Program-made: the position numbers and the translations under genes
From: Pseudobdellovibrionaceae bacterium
GTDB lineage: Bacteria > Bdellovibrionota > Bdellovibrionia > Bdellovibrionales > Bdellovibrionaceae
Direction of reading: 5' to 3'
NCBI GenBank assembly: GCA_039810425.1
Contig: JBDHWW010000009.1
Coordinates: 1 to 64,000, forward strand
DNA length: 64,000 nucleotides
In this document: positions 49,462-59,670 of the stretch, one piece after another
Numbering within the stretch: position 1 is the first letter of the stretch
How the letters are laid out: every line of letters begins with the position of its first letter
Notes under the pieces: generated by a model
Told to the model about the DNA's origin: nothing
Database searches by the model: none
What the model saw: the letters and a program-made list of their open reading frames with translations, nothing else

Positions 49462-51591
49462 TTACCTCGATACGAAATACACACCGTCTTCAGGCAAAGG
49501 ACATGTATTCTTAAAGAGACGGCTATGCGATGGCACCAAGTACACTCGACTCCATTTAATATTATTCACGGTCACAACCGTTGTGGAGCGCGGATCGATG
49601 TATATAATGTCACCGGCCAGCAACTGACCACAAACTTTCGCCGATGTTCCCGGCTCCGCACGCACATTACGCTTATCAGTCATTGTGAATCGTGCGTAGG
49701 TGCTTTCCACGTCTGTCGGCATTGCTTGAATCCACTGAGAGACGACTTCATTAAGCCTTTCCCCCTCAGGGGTGCCATAGAACTGAGGTTTGTCCACCGG
49801 AGGCATCGGAGTATAGCCTTCAACTCTCGCGATGGCGCCGTACAGTTTGCTGCGCTCGAGATTCTTTGGCTGAATCCATTCATTCTTCACAAGGAAATCT
49901 AAATTACTGAATCTGTCTTTTGCAATGTCATCCGCCTCGAGATTTCCGTGACAGCCAACGCAATATTTTTGCACCAGTGCCGTTTGAACTTGCTTGTATC
50001 CTTGATCCAAAGCAGGTCTTGCTTTGACCATTGAACGCCACGCAAGCAACTCGATATTTGAATCGATGGCCGTCGCCGCGTCTTTATCACAAGGCTCTTG
50101 ATAGTTCGCAGTTTGGGTTCTCGCCAAGCGGAGGATGGTGCGATTCTCGCGGTCTTCGACAATCCACAAGGAACCGTCTTCCGCTTCGGTAAACGCAACC
50201 GGTGCTCCTTTAGGACGAACATTCTTTACTTCATTCCACTTAGAAATGACCTCTTCATACGGAGCCTGGCGATCCATTCCCCCATGAGGGGCAAAGAGCT
50301 TCGCCGTCGGGCAAGATCCTTGCTGATTGGACCTATAGACCGCAGTTTTATCTGCCGACTTTGTGATAGGCGCTCCGCGGTTATCCACAGGATAAGCCAC
50401 AAGACGATGACCGGTTGGTTGATATCCATGCCAAGTGACCAGCAACTTTCCGCCGAAGAGATCTTTAAAGAGATTTCCGCGGTAGTAAGCCATATGAAGA
50501 GGCGCCACATGTGGCGGCATTAGCGCCAATGGCGCTTGGTAGTCGCCCGGCTCTTGGGGATCGACCCCGGTGCAATCAATCGGTTTTTTAAACTGCTTAT
50601 GTATCGGAAGCGATTTGTTTTCCGGAAACAACCACTCTGGAGAAGTTGCATGAAAGTCATAGCAATAAGGCCAACCATAGTGACGGCCACGCTTATTATC
50701 AAGTTCTATCAAATTTATCTCTTCATAGGGTTCTTCAAGCTCTGGAAAGTCCCGGCTGTTTTCGCCTTGGATTAAGAATCCTTGCGGAGAGATCGCCATC
50801 GCCATGGAGTTTCTAAGACCGGACGCCGCCACTTCGAAATAGTGGATGCCGCCGACGGGAAGATGTTTTAACTGCTCCCCCGGAATGCGGTAAATAGCTC
50901 CATTTCCTTGAGCTGCTTCCTCGGGACAAGACTTATAAGCACCCGTTCCTTGCACGATACAGTGATCGCTCGGCGAGCCCGAGTTGATATAAAGATCTCC
51001 GTTACGCGGATCAAAAGTAAATTGAGAAAGAGGATGCATATAGCCCTCTTTGCGCGGAATACTTCCAACGACAATTTGCCAGTCGGCAATTTGTCCGTTC
51101 ACAAAATGAAACTTCGAGATTTGCGTTTTTTCGCCGATGTAATAAAAATCATCGGGTCCCATCGCAAGACCGTGCGGATTGTCCAATGCAAATTTTAAAA
51201 GCTGAAGTTCGTAGTTGCCGGTTTTTCCAGGCTTTAGCAAAAATAGACGGCCATTTTTTGGATTCCATCCGCCCATATCAACAACTAAGAATTGATTGGT
51301 CGTTGGAATTTGAATAATTGTGCGCGGCTTAACGAAGCCTTTTTGCGTAGCCGCATCGAGAGCATGATCGCGCGGAAGAACTAGCCCCAAGCACGTGCCC
51401 GGCATGGTTTCGACCATCACTCGTGGATAGCCATCGCAGGATTTGTCCTGGGGGTCATAGAGATACCCGCTTTTGTCCAGCACCATTTTGTTTGAAGCAG
51501 TCACACGAGTCTGCGGGCCACCAACTGGGTTATTGGTTAAAGTTGAGCATTGGACGAGCAGTGTACTTAAAACCAATAACCAGACTTTCAT
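49462..51591 (-). CDS. Glucose/sorbosone (PQQ-type) dehydrogenase-like beta-propeller lipoprotein fused to a c-type cytochrome and an SH3b-like domain
   Basis: GLRNS, EEINLI, HYGWPYC and PPHVAP motifs; CVGCH heme motif with distal MPP; C-terminal NVRAEPGT...W. Confidence 0.75.
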   Translation of the reverse strand: MKVWLLVLSTLLVQCSTLTNNPVGGPQTRVTASNKMVLDKSGYLYDPQDKSCDGYPRVMVETMPGTCLGLVLPRDHALDAATQKGFVKPRTIIQIPTTNQFLVVDMGGWNPKNGRLFLLKPGKTGNYELQLLKFALDNPHGLAMGPDDFYYIGEKTQISKFHFVNGQIADWQIVVGSIPRKEGYMHPLSQFTFDPRNGDLYINSGSPSDHCIVQGTGAYKSCPEEAAQGNGAIYRIPGEQLKHLPVGGIHYFEVAASGLRNSMAMAISPQGFLIQGENSRDFPELEEPYEEINLIELDNKRGRHYGWPYCYDFHATSPEWLFPENKSLPIHKQFKKPIDCTGVDPQEPGDYQAPLALMPPHVAPLHMAYYRGNLFKDLFGGKLLVTWHGYQPTGHRLVAYPVDNRGAPITKSADKTAVYRSNQQGSCPTAKLFAPHGGMDRQAPYEEVISKWNEVKNVRPKGAPVAFTEAEDGSLWIVEDRENRTILRLARTQTANYQEPCDKDAATAIDSNIELLAWRSMVKARPALDQGYKQVQTALVQKYCVGCHGNLEADDIAKDRFSNLDFLVKNEWIQPKNLERSKLYGAIARVEGYTPMPPVDKPQFYGTPEGERLNEVVSQWIQAMPTDVESTYARFTMTDKRNVRAEPGTSAKVCGQLLAGDIIYIDPRSTTVVTVNNIKWSRVYLVPSHSRLFKNTCPLPEDGVYFVSR

Positions 51592-51614
51592 AGGCCCCTC
51601 ATAAGGGGGAACCT

Positions 51615-52031
51615 TTATTCGCAGAAAATACGAACGGTCTCCCCTTGTTTATCTTGGACGTGAATATCCATGTCTGACAAGGCCTGAATTAGCTCAGAGA
51701 AGTCCGCGTCTTTCATGGCTTTCAAATCCAACGGAAAGCCGTTTTCTTCAAGAGCATAATTTACTTTTGCGTAGGCCTTATCAGGCAAAAAAGCCGTCAG
51801 CTTCAAACCCGCCTTGATAAACTTGATCGGAATCTTAATGTTTACTTTATCTCCGCCTTCTTCTTTGGAATCGACGCTAATACGCAGGAATTTGATTTCT
51901 TTTACTGGACCTGCTGTTCCGCCGCTCAAACCCGAGACCTCACCGATCGCAGACAAAAGCGATTCAGCTTCTTGTACACTGATTTTTCCTTGGGACAGCA
52001 TTTCTAAAATTTGTTTTTTTTCGTTAGACAT
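51615..52031 (-). CDS. SHOCT-like/YvlB-LiaX N-terminal domain protein
   Basis: EKKQILEMLSQGKISVQEAESLL; KVNIKIPI; ETVRIFCE. Confidence 0.75.
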   Translation of the reverse strand: MSNEKKQILEMLSQGKISVQEAESLLSAIGEVSGLSGGTAGPVKEIKFLRISVDSKEEGGDKVNIKIPIKFIKAGLKLTAFLPDKAYAKVNYALEENGFPLDLKAMKDADFSELIQALSDMDIHVQDKQGETVRIFCE

Positions 52032-52049
52032 ATCATTCTCCGTGAAGAG

Positions 52050-52196
52050 TTAAAAAATTCGAATAAAAACACGATCTTTCTTTGAATCCACTTCGGTGAC
52101 CGTTCCACTTGTGGCGCACCAAAGTTCATAGAGCCAGCCCATCAATGATACAGGAGTCTTTCCGACACCGAAGATCCATGCAATGGAATCATACAT
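52050..52196 (-). CDS. Small 48-aa ORF not in the ORF track, possibly a truncated middle gene of the DUF2089 operon
   Basis: MYDSIAWIFGVGKTPVSLMGWLYELWCATSGTVTEVDSKKDRVFIRIF fills the gap between the two flanking genes. Confidence 0.5.
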   Translation of the reverse strand: MYDSIAWIFGVGKTPVSLMGWLYELWCATSGTVTEVDSKKDRVFIRIF

Positions 52197-52560
52197 TCCT
52201 CAACATTTCTGCCGCTTGTTGTGCTGTGATTTCTCCGCGGTTTAATTTTTCCAAGATGTCAGCTTTAGAAGGAGTGGGATTAATATCCACTAACTGCAAC
52301 TGCTCAGAGATTTTGTTCAGGCGTCCTTTGATCGTTGGGTAGCTCACGCCGAAAACTTTCTCCATCTCTTTGATGGAACCGTGAGTTCCAACAAAAGCCA
52401 TCACGAACACTTGATCTTCGATCGTTAACTTTGCCAACGCCGGCAACTCGAAAGGTCCTTCGATCGCAATGTCGTTCTCTGTGAGTCTCACTCTTTCAAC
52501 GATGAGGCTCTTATTCTGTGTGAGCGTCGTTAGCTCTTTCCAATCTTTAACTTTATTCAT
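52189..52560 (-). CDS. DUF2089-family HTH protein
   Basis: IEGPFELP, GSIKEMEKVFGVSYPTIKGRL and C-terminal ILEKLNRGEITAQQAAEML. Confidence 0.85.
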   Translation of the reverse strand: MNKVKDWKELTTLTQNKSLIVERVRLTENDIAIEGPFELPALAKLTIEDQVFVMAFVGTHGSIKEMEKVFGVSYPTIKGRLNKISEQLQLVDINPTPSKADILEKLNRGEITAQQAAEMLRNV

Positions 52561-52645
52561 CTCGGTGCCTTCAGGGATTGATTTTCTTAACCCGCAGCTT
52601 CATTTCTTTAATTAATATTCCATCATAACTTAATTAAATCAATAT

Positions 52646-52668
52646 TAATCTTAATTTTATTAAGATTA
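52646..52668. promoter_or_regulatory. Perfect palindromic operator candidate upstream of the DUF2089 operon
   Basis: TAATCTTAAT-ttt-ATTAAGATTA in an AT-rich promoter region. Confidence 0.55.
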
Positions 52669-52732
52669 CTTGGTTGGATTTTTAAGAAAATTAATTCGAA
52701 GGGGAAATGGGAGTGATTTTGAGGAGTTAGCT

Positions 52733-52774
52733 AAAAACAAAATTGGCGAACCCTCTCCATAAAAGGTTCGCCAA
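52733..52774 (-). terminator. Intrinsic terminator of the MCP gene
   Basis: TTGGCGAACC-N12-GGTTCGCCAA with an A-rich run on the left. Confidence 0.65.
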
Positions 52775-52812
52775 CAAAGTTTGTGCAACTTTTTGAAAAC
52801 TTTAAACCTGTG

Positions 52813-54506
52813 TTAAAAACCGGAAACGTCTCCCACATCACCACGGCCATTCGCCGCAGGAACTTTTGGTGATTCATCTTCATCAAAAGGAATCGCCTCT
52901 TGAGCGGTCGTTTTGCTCTTCAACGCTTCTTTTTTTGGAGTGAACTTTACGACATTCTTCGCTTTTGCGACCACCGGCTTTTTTTCCGTTTGAGCGACCG
53001 GAGCGGCGGCATGCTTTTTCTTAGGAGCTGCCTTTTCTACAACCCCCGCATCGCCACTGGCACCGAGCACAACGGTGCTTAATGTCTCGGTCAATTGCTG
53101 CATTTGAACCGCTTGAGAAGAAATCTCTTCAGAAGTGGATGCGATCTCCTCAGAAGAGGCCGCGTTGCTTTGCGCTCCTTGATCCAATTGGTTCATTGCC
53201 TTGCTGATCTGCTGGATACCGCTTGTCTGTTCAGACGAGGCAGACGCGATTTCATTCGCGAGATCGGACACCTTCTTCACTGAAGAAACGATATCTTGCA
53301 TGACCACTCCGGACTTATCCGCGATATCAGTGCCTTGCTCGATTTTGAAAACAGAGTCTTTAATAAGGCCGGTGATGTCTTTCGCCGCTTCCGCGCTTTT
53401 CTGCGCCAAGGTACGAACAGCATCCGCAACAACCGCAAATCCTTTGCCTTGCTCGCCGGCACGGGCGGCCTCAACCGCAGCGTTTAACGCCAACAAGTTC
53501 GTTTGGAATGCGATATCATCAATAACGTGGATGATTTCTTCGTTTTTTTAGAAGCCTGAGAAATACCCTGCATAGACTCCACCAAAGTCTGAATCTCCTT
53601 TTCGCCTTTTTCAGCAGAGTCACGTGAGGTCTGCGCCAAAGCCGCAGCTTCACGGGCATGGTCTGAGTTCATTTGTACCATTGACGTCATCTCTTCAAGA
53701 GAAGCCACTGTTTCTTCTAACGAGGCTGCGGACTCCGTTGAAGACTCTGAAAGTGCATGGCCGGCCGCGGACAACTGCTCGATTGCCTGAGTCACTTGGC
53801 CCGTAGAATCCGACAATTTAGTCGCTACATCACCCACCGAATTAGAAACTCGGTAAGCAATCCACATCAGAATGCTAAAGATCGAAAAGATCGCGAGAAG
53901 ACCGGTAAAGAAAAGAAGATTTTTGCTGAATGCGCGCACCTCGGCCTCGGTCTTCATACCTTCTTTTCCCTCGTCCGTGTAAAGGGTCGAAATAGGATCA
54001 AATGTCTTCTTCATTTTTTCGGCAAGAGCGTGCCATTCACCAGTCGCCATTTGGTCGTAGTTCAGCTTGAGTGATTCGGCATCACCCTTATCAAAGGCCG
54101 CAATGATTTGTTCCGTTAAATCGTAGAAGCGCTGATTGCTACCTTTGATCTCACTATACATCTTTTCTTCGGCGGGGTCGAACGGAGCCGCTTCGTATTT
54201 AGCGATGCCTTCTCGGAGTTCCTTCGAAGAGACCTTGGCCTTATTAATGAATTCTTTTGAAAGGTCAGGATTCGCGGAAGCGTTTGAGTAGGCCGCCCAG
54301 AAATAGTATCCGAGAGCCGACCGCGCACTCATAATATCTATGAACGAATCCATATTCGGAATCATCCGCGTATACGAGTCTTCCAACAAGCCACCCAGCT
54401 TGTTACTCGCATGCATAGAAATGCCTATTACAATTACCAATGCCAGCACTGGCAGACAGGCCGCTATCAAAAGACGGCCCCTAATGCCCTTAAACCAAGT
54501 TTTCAA
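52813..54506 (-). pseudogene. Methyl-accepting chemotaxis protein (TM, 4-helix-bundle-type sensor, TM, signalling domain) split by a 1-nt frameshift near 53543-53549
   Basis: The upstream ORF ends SQASKKTKK; the shifted frame continues [39 protein letters not shown]; likely TTG start at 54506 after GGAGG. Confidence 0.85.
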
Positions 54507-54707
54507 TTTGCGCCTCCATCGTGTTAAGACTTCTTTCTCAATATTTCGAGAGAAAATCTCACTTTCTAAAGGCAAACGGACGGAATTGTTCAGAATTTGA
54601 TAACAGGAGTGCTCCGTTCAAAAGCACTCAACATCGACCAGTTTTGTAAATAAATTTTGATTATTTTTATGCAAATCTAAAAAAGATACAGCCGCGTCTC
54701 TTATTTA

Positions 54708-55778
54708 CTATTTATTCGCTGCGGGCTTGGTCAAATCGCGCCAAGATTTTCCTTCGCGAGCCTTCGGATTTACTTGGTATTTTTGAACGGCTTTGCTGTG
54801 GTTTCCGAGGTCTTCAGAAAAAACCGTCGTTCCATCATTGCGGCTAACGAAGTAAAGATACTTCGACATAGCTGGGTTTAATGTGGCCAAAAGAGACTCT
54901 CGGCCGGGATTAGATATTGGTCCTGGTGGAAGGGCTCCGATGACATAAGTGTTATAGCGCGTAGGCTTTAGGATGTCCTCTTTACGGATGTTATTAGGCA
55001 TAATTCCCGTCACATCCGCTATTCCGTAAAGAATCGTCGGATCCGTTTGCAATTTCATACGCTTGCTTAAGCGATTGTGAAACACCGAGGAAATCAATGG
55101 ACGGTCTTCTTTGGCACCCGTCTCTTTTTCAATGATACTTGCAAGCGTCACGACTTGATTGCGACTCCACCCTGGCATGTGACCCCCTCCAACCTCAGCG
55201 TAAACCGCCAGAAATCTCTTCACCATGGATGAAATCAAATCACGAGTATTCTCAAACTTTGTGATCATGTAAGTTTCGGGAAAAAGGTAGCCTTCAAGGC
55301 TATCGACGGGTTCTCCGAGCAACTGCTGCGCAAACGCCTTATCTTTAACAAGAGCTAGAAAATCGGCTTTCTTACCAAAGCCTTGGGCTTCGTAAATGTC
55401 ACTGATCTCATAAATATTTAATCCTTCAGCCACCGTAAACGGCTTTGCGATACTTTTACCCGAAGTAATAATACCGAGCACTTCTCTCGGCATCATTCCC
55501 TTGCGGAAGCTGTATTCACCACGCTTTACTTGATGACGTTGATTGGTAAACCGCGCGTACATAGAAAATCCAAACGCGTTCTTAATCAAACCCTGAGCCT
55601 CAAGCTCTTTGGCAATGGCATTGAAACTCTGGCCTGGCTTCACTTCATAAATCACTTCGGTGCCGTCAGAACTTGGTGCGGTATTTAAAAACTCATAAGC
55701 AAGGTAGCCGGCAGCGGTGCCGCCGGCAACGATCAAACTCATAACCGCAATCAGAGCAATCAATGTCACTTTCTTCAT
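54708..55778 (-). CDS. mltG: Endolytic transglycosylase MltG (YceG)
   Basis: N-terminal TM; LEGYLFPETY, LASIIEKET, LQTDPT, YNTY...LPPGPISNPG and YLYFV motifs. Confidence 0.95.
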   Translation of the reverse strand: MKKVTLIALIAVMSLIVAGGTAAGYLAYEFLNTAPSSDGTEVIYEVKPGQSFNAIAKELEAQGLIKNAFGFSMYARFTNQRHQVKRGEYSFRKGMMPREVLGIITSGKSIAKPFTVAEGLNIYEISDIYEAQGFGKKADFLALVKDKAFAQQLLGEPVDSLEGYLFPETYMITKFENTRDLISSMVKRFLAVYAEVGGGHMPGWSRNQVVTLASIIEKETGAKEDRPLISSVFHNRLSKRMKLQTDPTILYGIADVTGIMPNNIRKEDILKPTRYNTYVIGALPPGPISNPGRESLLATLNPAMSKYLYFVSRNDGTTVFSEDLGNHSKAVQKYQVNPKAREGKSWRDLTKPAANK

Positions 55779-57277
55779 AGACTGATTCCCGGAAGCATTT
55801 TGGTCTTATCAAACGGCGTCGGGTCTTCAAGGCTCGCCACCGGAACTGTGCAGTATTGAATTGCGAAATCTGCTGACGGTCTGTCGTTGCCAGATTTGCC
55901 CATGCCACCAAATGGCAAGCGGGAGCTCGCGCCGTTCGTGGTGCGGTTCCAGTTCAAAAGACCCACGCGGGCTTTCAGCAAGGACTCTTCATACAACGAC
56001 TTATTCTTCGAGAACAAAGCCATCACCAAGCCATAACCCGTTGAATTCACCATATTCAGTGTCTCATCGAAGTCACCGCTCTTGTAGATTGCCACGTTCG
56101 GACCGAAGATTTCACTCTTTTGATAGACTGAGTTTGGGTCAAACTTGCTCACCAAGTGGATGCTTGGAGTCACATAGAAACCTTTTTGCTTCAGATCCAA
56201 AGACTTGCCACGCATCATCGATTCGCAGCCCTCACGGTTTGCGATCTCTTGAAAGCGGATGTATTTCTCAACCGCAGCCGCATTGATCAAAGAACCCATG
56301 AAAGGGTTTTCACTCCAGTGACCGATCGTGAGCTTCTTTGCAGCTTGATAGAACTTTTCAGTAAATTCGTCCGCGATCTTGGGGTGCAAGATCACGCGGC
56401 TTGTGCCTGAGCACCGTTGACCTGTCGTCAGGTAAGCCCCGATTAAAGTTTCGTAGATCGCTTTATCCAAATCCGCATCGTCCCAAACAACTGTCGCATT
56501 CTTGCCGCCCATTTCAAGGGCCAAGATTTTCCAATAGTGCGTCATGGTCTCTTGCTTGATTTTTAAACCAACCTCATAAGAGCCCGTGAAAAGAACTCCA
56601 TCCACGTTTTCATTTGCCGCCAAACGACGGCCGGATTCACCATCCCCTTGAACCAAATTGAAAACACCCGGTGGAAGGCCGGCTTTCTCGATTAACTCAG
56701 CCATGTACTGGCCTACCGCAGGAGTTTGCTCGGAAGGCTTGAACACCACGGTGTTTCCCGAAATCAAAGCGGGAATAATATGGCCGTTTGGCAAGTGCGC
56801 TGGAAAGTTGAACGGACCCAGCACCGCCATCACACCCCGGCCTTTGTGACGAACCACGCCCTCAACACCAGGAAGAGCATTGGGAATGTGCGTTTCGTTA
56901 ATAAGTTTGAGCGAGTTGCTGATGGTGATGTCGATTTTGTTTCCGAGATTTTTAGCCTCAGTCATGGCGTCCCACAATGCCTTTCCGGTATCACGGGCAA
57001 TAATCTGCGCCATTTGTTCTGTGTGCTTGTCGAAGATGTCTTTTAACCTCAGAAGATAACTCTTTCTGTCATCTAAAGATAAACGAGTCCACGGAATAAA
57101 GGCCTTCTTAGCCGCCAAACAAGCTTCATCGATATGATCGTACCTGAACTTTACTGTCATGATTTGGTCGTTCAAGTCACCCGGACTGACGTCTTTGAAT
57201 TCGCCGTCACCTTTTTCCACAGGAACAAAGCGACCCGCGATAAAGTCCCCTTGATATTTAATTGGATAGATTTCCAT
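55775..57277 (-). CDS. astD: Succinylglutamate-semialdehyde dehydrogenase (likely start ATG 57277, MEIYP)
   Basis: GPFNFPAHLPNGHIIPAL, KPSEQTP, LALEMGGKN, GQRC, TNGASS..PFGG.GKSGN.RPSA motifs. Confidence 0.9.
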   Translation of the reverse strand: MEIYPIKYQGDFIAGRFVPVEKGDGEFKDVSPGDLNDQIMTVKFRYDHIDEACLAAKKAFIPWTRLSLDDRKSYLLRLKDIFDKHTEQMAQIIARDTGKALWDAMTEAKNLGNKIDITISNSLKLINETHIPNALPGVEGVVRHKGRGVMAVLGPFNFPAHLPNGHIIPALISGNTVVFKPSEQTPAVGQYMAELIEKAGLPPGVFNLVQGDGESGRRLAANENVDGVLFTGSYEVGLKIKQETMTHYWKILALEMGGKNATVVWDDADLDKAIYETLIGAYLTTGQRCSGTSRVILHPKIADEFTEKFYQAAKKLTIGHWSENPFMGSLINAAAVEKYIRFQEIANREGCESMMRGKSLDLKQKGFYVTPSIHLVSKFDPNSVYQKSEIFGPNVAIYKSGDFDETLNMVNSTGYGLVMALFSKNKSLYEESLLKARVGLLNWNRTTNGASSRLPFGGMGKSGNDRPSADFAIQYCTVPVASLEDPTPFDKTKMLPGISL

Positions 57278-58314
57278 TATGTTTGTTCCTTTCTCTTGGA
57301 GTAGTTCCACGGTGAAATAAACACTGCATCGCCAATTTCGGCGCCGAGAGCTTCGCGAACCTTTGTCGGAATCGCCACTTCGTCACCCCGTAAATCATAA
57401 GATACCAATGCCGCGCGGAAAACCTCTCCGCCGGTTCCTAACATCCCCTGCTCTTTGAAAACCGCATCTTTAAATTCCTGCAACTTCACACGACGGCCCA
57501 GCTTCACCGGCAAAATATCTTTTGTGTTAGAACCATAATGAGGTCCTCCGTCGAAGGGGTCAACCTCGTCTAAATATTCAAAGCCAATGCTCTCAAGCAA
57601 ATGTTGCGCTGGCTTGGTTGCTTCACCGACACGGCCCAAAACCAGACGGGCTTTACCGTCGAGCAGCGCTAAATAAATATCATCTTTAGGGAACAGGCTT
57701 TCGATGAATTCCTTATGGCTTTGGCTCAGGAGATCGGCCTCTTGATAGGGAAGGCCCGTAAAGCGGCGGCCTAAAGCTTCCCAGAATTCACTGCGGCCTT
57801 CTTCCGTGAGGGGCGGGGTCAGTTCACAAAGCACACGGTCTTCAAATTTTTCTGGGTGGAGGCCCATATATAGAAAGCGCGCGAGACTGATTTGTTTACC
57901 GAGCTTCTCAGGGCGGCGGCGATAGGTTTTATCAACTAGCAAACCGCCTATTTCTGTCGGACCATCAAAATCCAGCTGGAAGCGCAAAACTTGATGGATA
58001 AATCCGATTCCCAAATCCTGGCTAAACATATCTCTTTTCAAAATTTTAAAGAAACAATGTGGGACCTCGTCGGTACCGTGTTTGGCGATAACAAGCGAGC
58101 TTCCGACAATCAGTTTCTCTTCAACGTCCTCTAAAACAAACAAATACTCCGCCTGATCCTTCGGAAGTTTTCCGGCAAAAGACTGTTCGCTGCGATCAAT
58201 CTTTTGACTGAGGACTTTTCGATTGCCCGGCAAATTCAGCAGAGAAAACTGCTTTGCCAAATCAACGAGTTGGCTCAGGTCATCGTGTTGAACGGCTCTA
58301 ATAACAAAACTCAT
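57277..58314 (-). CDS. astA: Arginine (or ornithine) N-succinyltransferase
   Basis: YLFVLED, GPTEIGGL, SEFWEALGRRF, ADLLS and VDPFDGGP motifs. Confidence 0.88.
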   Translation of the reverse strand: MSFVIRAVQHDDLSQLVDLAKQFSLLNLPGNRKVLSQKIDRSEQSFAGKLPKDQAEYLFVLEDVEEKLIVGSSLVIAKHGTDEVPHCFFKILKRDMFSQDLGIGFIHQVLRFQLDFDGPTEIGGLLVDKTYRRRPEKLGKQISLARFLYMGLHPEKFEDRVLCELTPPLTEEGRSEFWEALGRRFTGLPYQEADLLSQSHKEFIESLFPKDDIYLALLDGKARLVLGRVGEATKPAQHLLESIGFEYLDEVDPFDGGPHYGSNTKDILPVKLGRRVKLQEFKDAVFKEQGMLGTGGEVFRAALVSYDLRGDEVAIPTKVREALGAEIGDAVFISPWNYSKRKEQT

Positions 58315-59657
58315 AAGCAAAACCTTTCAATCACACGTTTATAAAATTCCACGGCTTTTTTCAGATCCTCAACAGCGACATGTTCCGAGGGTGTGTGAAC
58401 ATTCCCCTCGCGCTTGCCCGGGCCAAAGCACAAACACTCAATCCCCGTTCTGGAGAAAATGCTCGCCTCGTTGGTTGACGGCTGGGTCGTCAGGCTCTCG
58501 GCCAATCCCATACTGCGAAGTTCATCGCGGCAGCCCTTCACCAGCATCGAAGTTTCATTCGTGCGGTAAGGTTTCTTATAATCCGTGACCCGAAATTGCG
58601 AACCGTTGGTTTCGCACACTTGCCGCAACTTATCCATCCAGCCTTCATAGATCTCATTCGTGATCACCGGAGGCACGCGGCACGAACCGGCAAGCAAGAC
58701 ATGATCTTGATAGGTGCGGATCAAACCAATGTTCAGCGTCGGCTCTGAAGGGTAAAAATCCTTATCCACATGTTTTAAAAATTCTTTTTCCAGGGATTTT
58801 ATAGCCTCGAAGATATTCACAAGCTTAGTTACGATTGATTTTGTTGTATTCGAAACAATGTCGATCTCCAGCAACGCATGGCTTGGAACGGAGTTGTAGT
58901 TCACTCCGCCGTCAATCTCCATCAAGGTCACGGAATCCGGCAACTGCTGCAGATACTGAAGCATTTTAGAAATCGCACTTTCGCCAAGATGTGGAGTTGA
59001 TGAGTGCGCGGCTTTGCCGATAAAGAGTTTGCTCTGCGTGGACGTACTTTCTTTGAGATTGTGTTCTTTGCGATAATCAACCTCTTCGCTCTCAAACGGA
59101 ATACGCACTTCCACCGAGGCGAAGCCTTTTGCGGCATTAATCAATTTCAAATCGCTCGGCTCACCGATGAGCGCCATCTTCGCGGCAATTTTATTTTTAC
59201 GAATTAACCGAAGGGCTCCCTGCATGCCGAGTTCTTCACCGTACGTGCCAACTAAAACTGGCGGCAGCTTCCATAGACGATTCACACCGAATGACGCCAG
59301 TGCTTCGAGCTTGCACAAGAAATCAAGCTTCACATCGGCTGCGCCCAAACCATAAATGTTTCCATCCATGATCGTGGCATCAAACGGATTACACTCCGTG
59401 TGGGTCCAGAGCGCGAACGGTCCTGGGTCCACGGTGTCTAAATGAGTTTGCAGCAGGAATTCCAGCGGCGGACGCTCAACTACGGGGCGGGCGATCACAT
59501 TGGCGTGTTCCGTATCGCCCACAAAGTCTGTCTGTAATTCGACCTGGAGACCTTTCACACGACAAAGCTCCGCCACGAACTCAGCAGCTTCTTTATTGCC
59601 GTGAGCGGGCGTGCTGTCGATCGAGATGAGTTTCCTGCAGGTCTCAATAAAATCCAA
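58311..59657 (-). CDS. M20 metallo-amidohydrolase (ArgE/DapE-like)
   Basis: HLDTV, GLGAADVK, GEE, GEPS, GKAAHSS and HTPSE metal-ligand motifs. Confidence 0.88.
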   Translation of the reverse strand: MDFIETCRKLISIDSTPAHGNKEAAEFVAELCRVKGLQVELQTDFVGDTEHANVIARPVVERPPLEFLLQTHLDTVDPGPFALWTHTECNPFDATIMDGNIYGLGAADVKLDFLCKLEALASFGVNRLWKLPPVLVGTYGEELGMQGALRLIRKNKIAAKMALIGEPSDLKLINAAKGFASVEVRIPFESEEVDYRKEHNLKESTSTQSKLFIGKAAHSSTPHLGESAISKMLQYLQQLPDSVTLMEIDGGVNYNSVPSHALLEIDIVSNTTKSIVTKLVNIFEAIKSLEKEFLKHVDKDFYPSEPTLNIGLIRTYQDHVLLAGSCRVPPVITNEIYEGWMDKLRQVCETNGSQFRVTDYKKPYRTNETSMLVKGCRDELRSMGLAESLTTQPSTNEASIFSRTGIECLCFGPGKREGNVHTPSEHVAVEDLKKAVEFYKRVIERFCL

Positions 59658-59670
59658 TCAAGCTTCCCAA

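Noticed and set aside
54566..54630. GGCAAAC and the GAGTGCT...AGCACTC hairpin upstream of the MCP gene as a c-di-GMP-I riboswitch
   Set aside because: GGCAAAC is on the strand opposite to the MCP transcript, and the GAAA/GCAAAGC elements and second stem are not found
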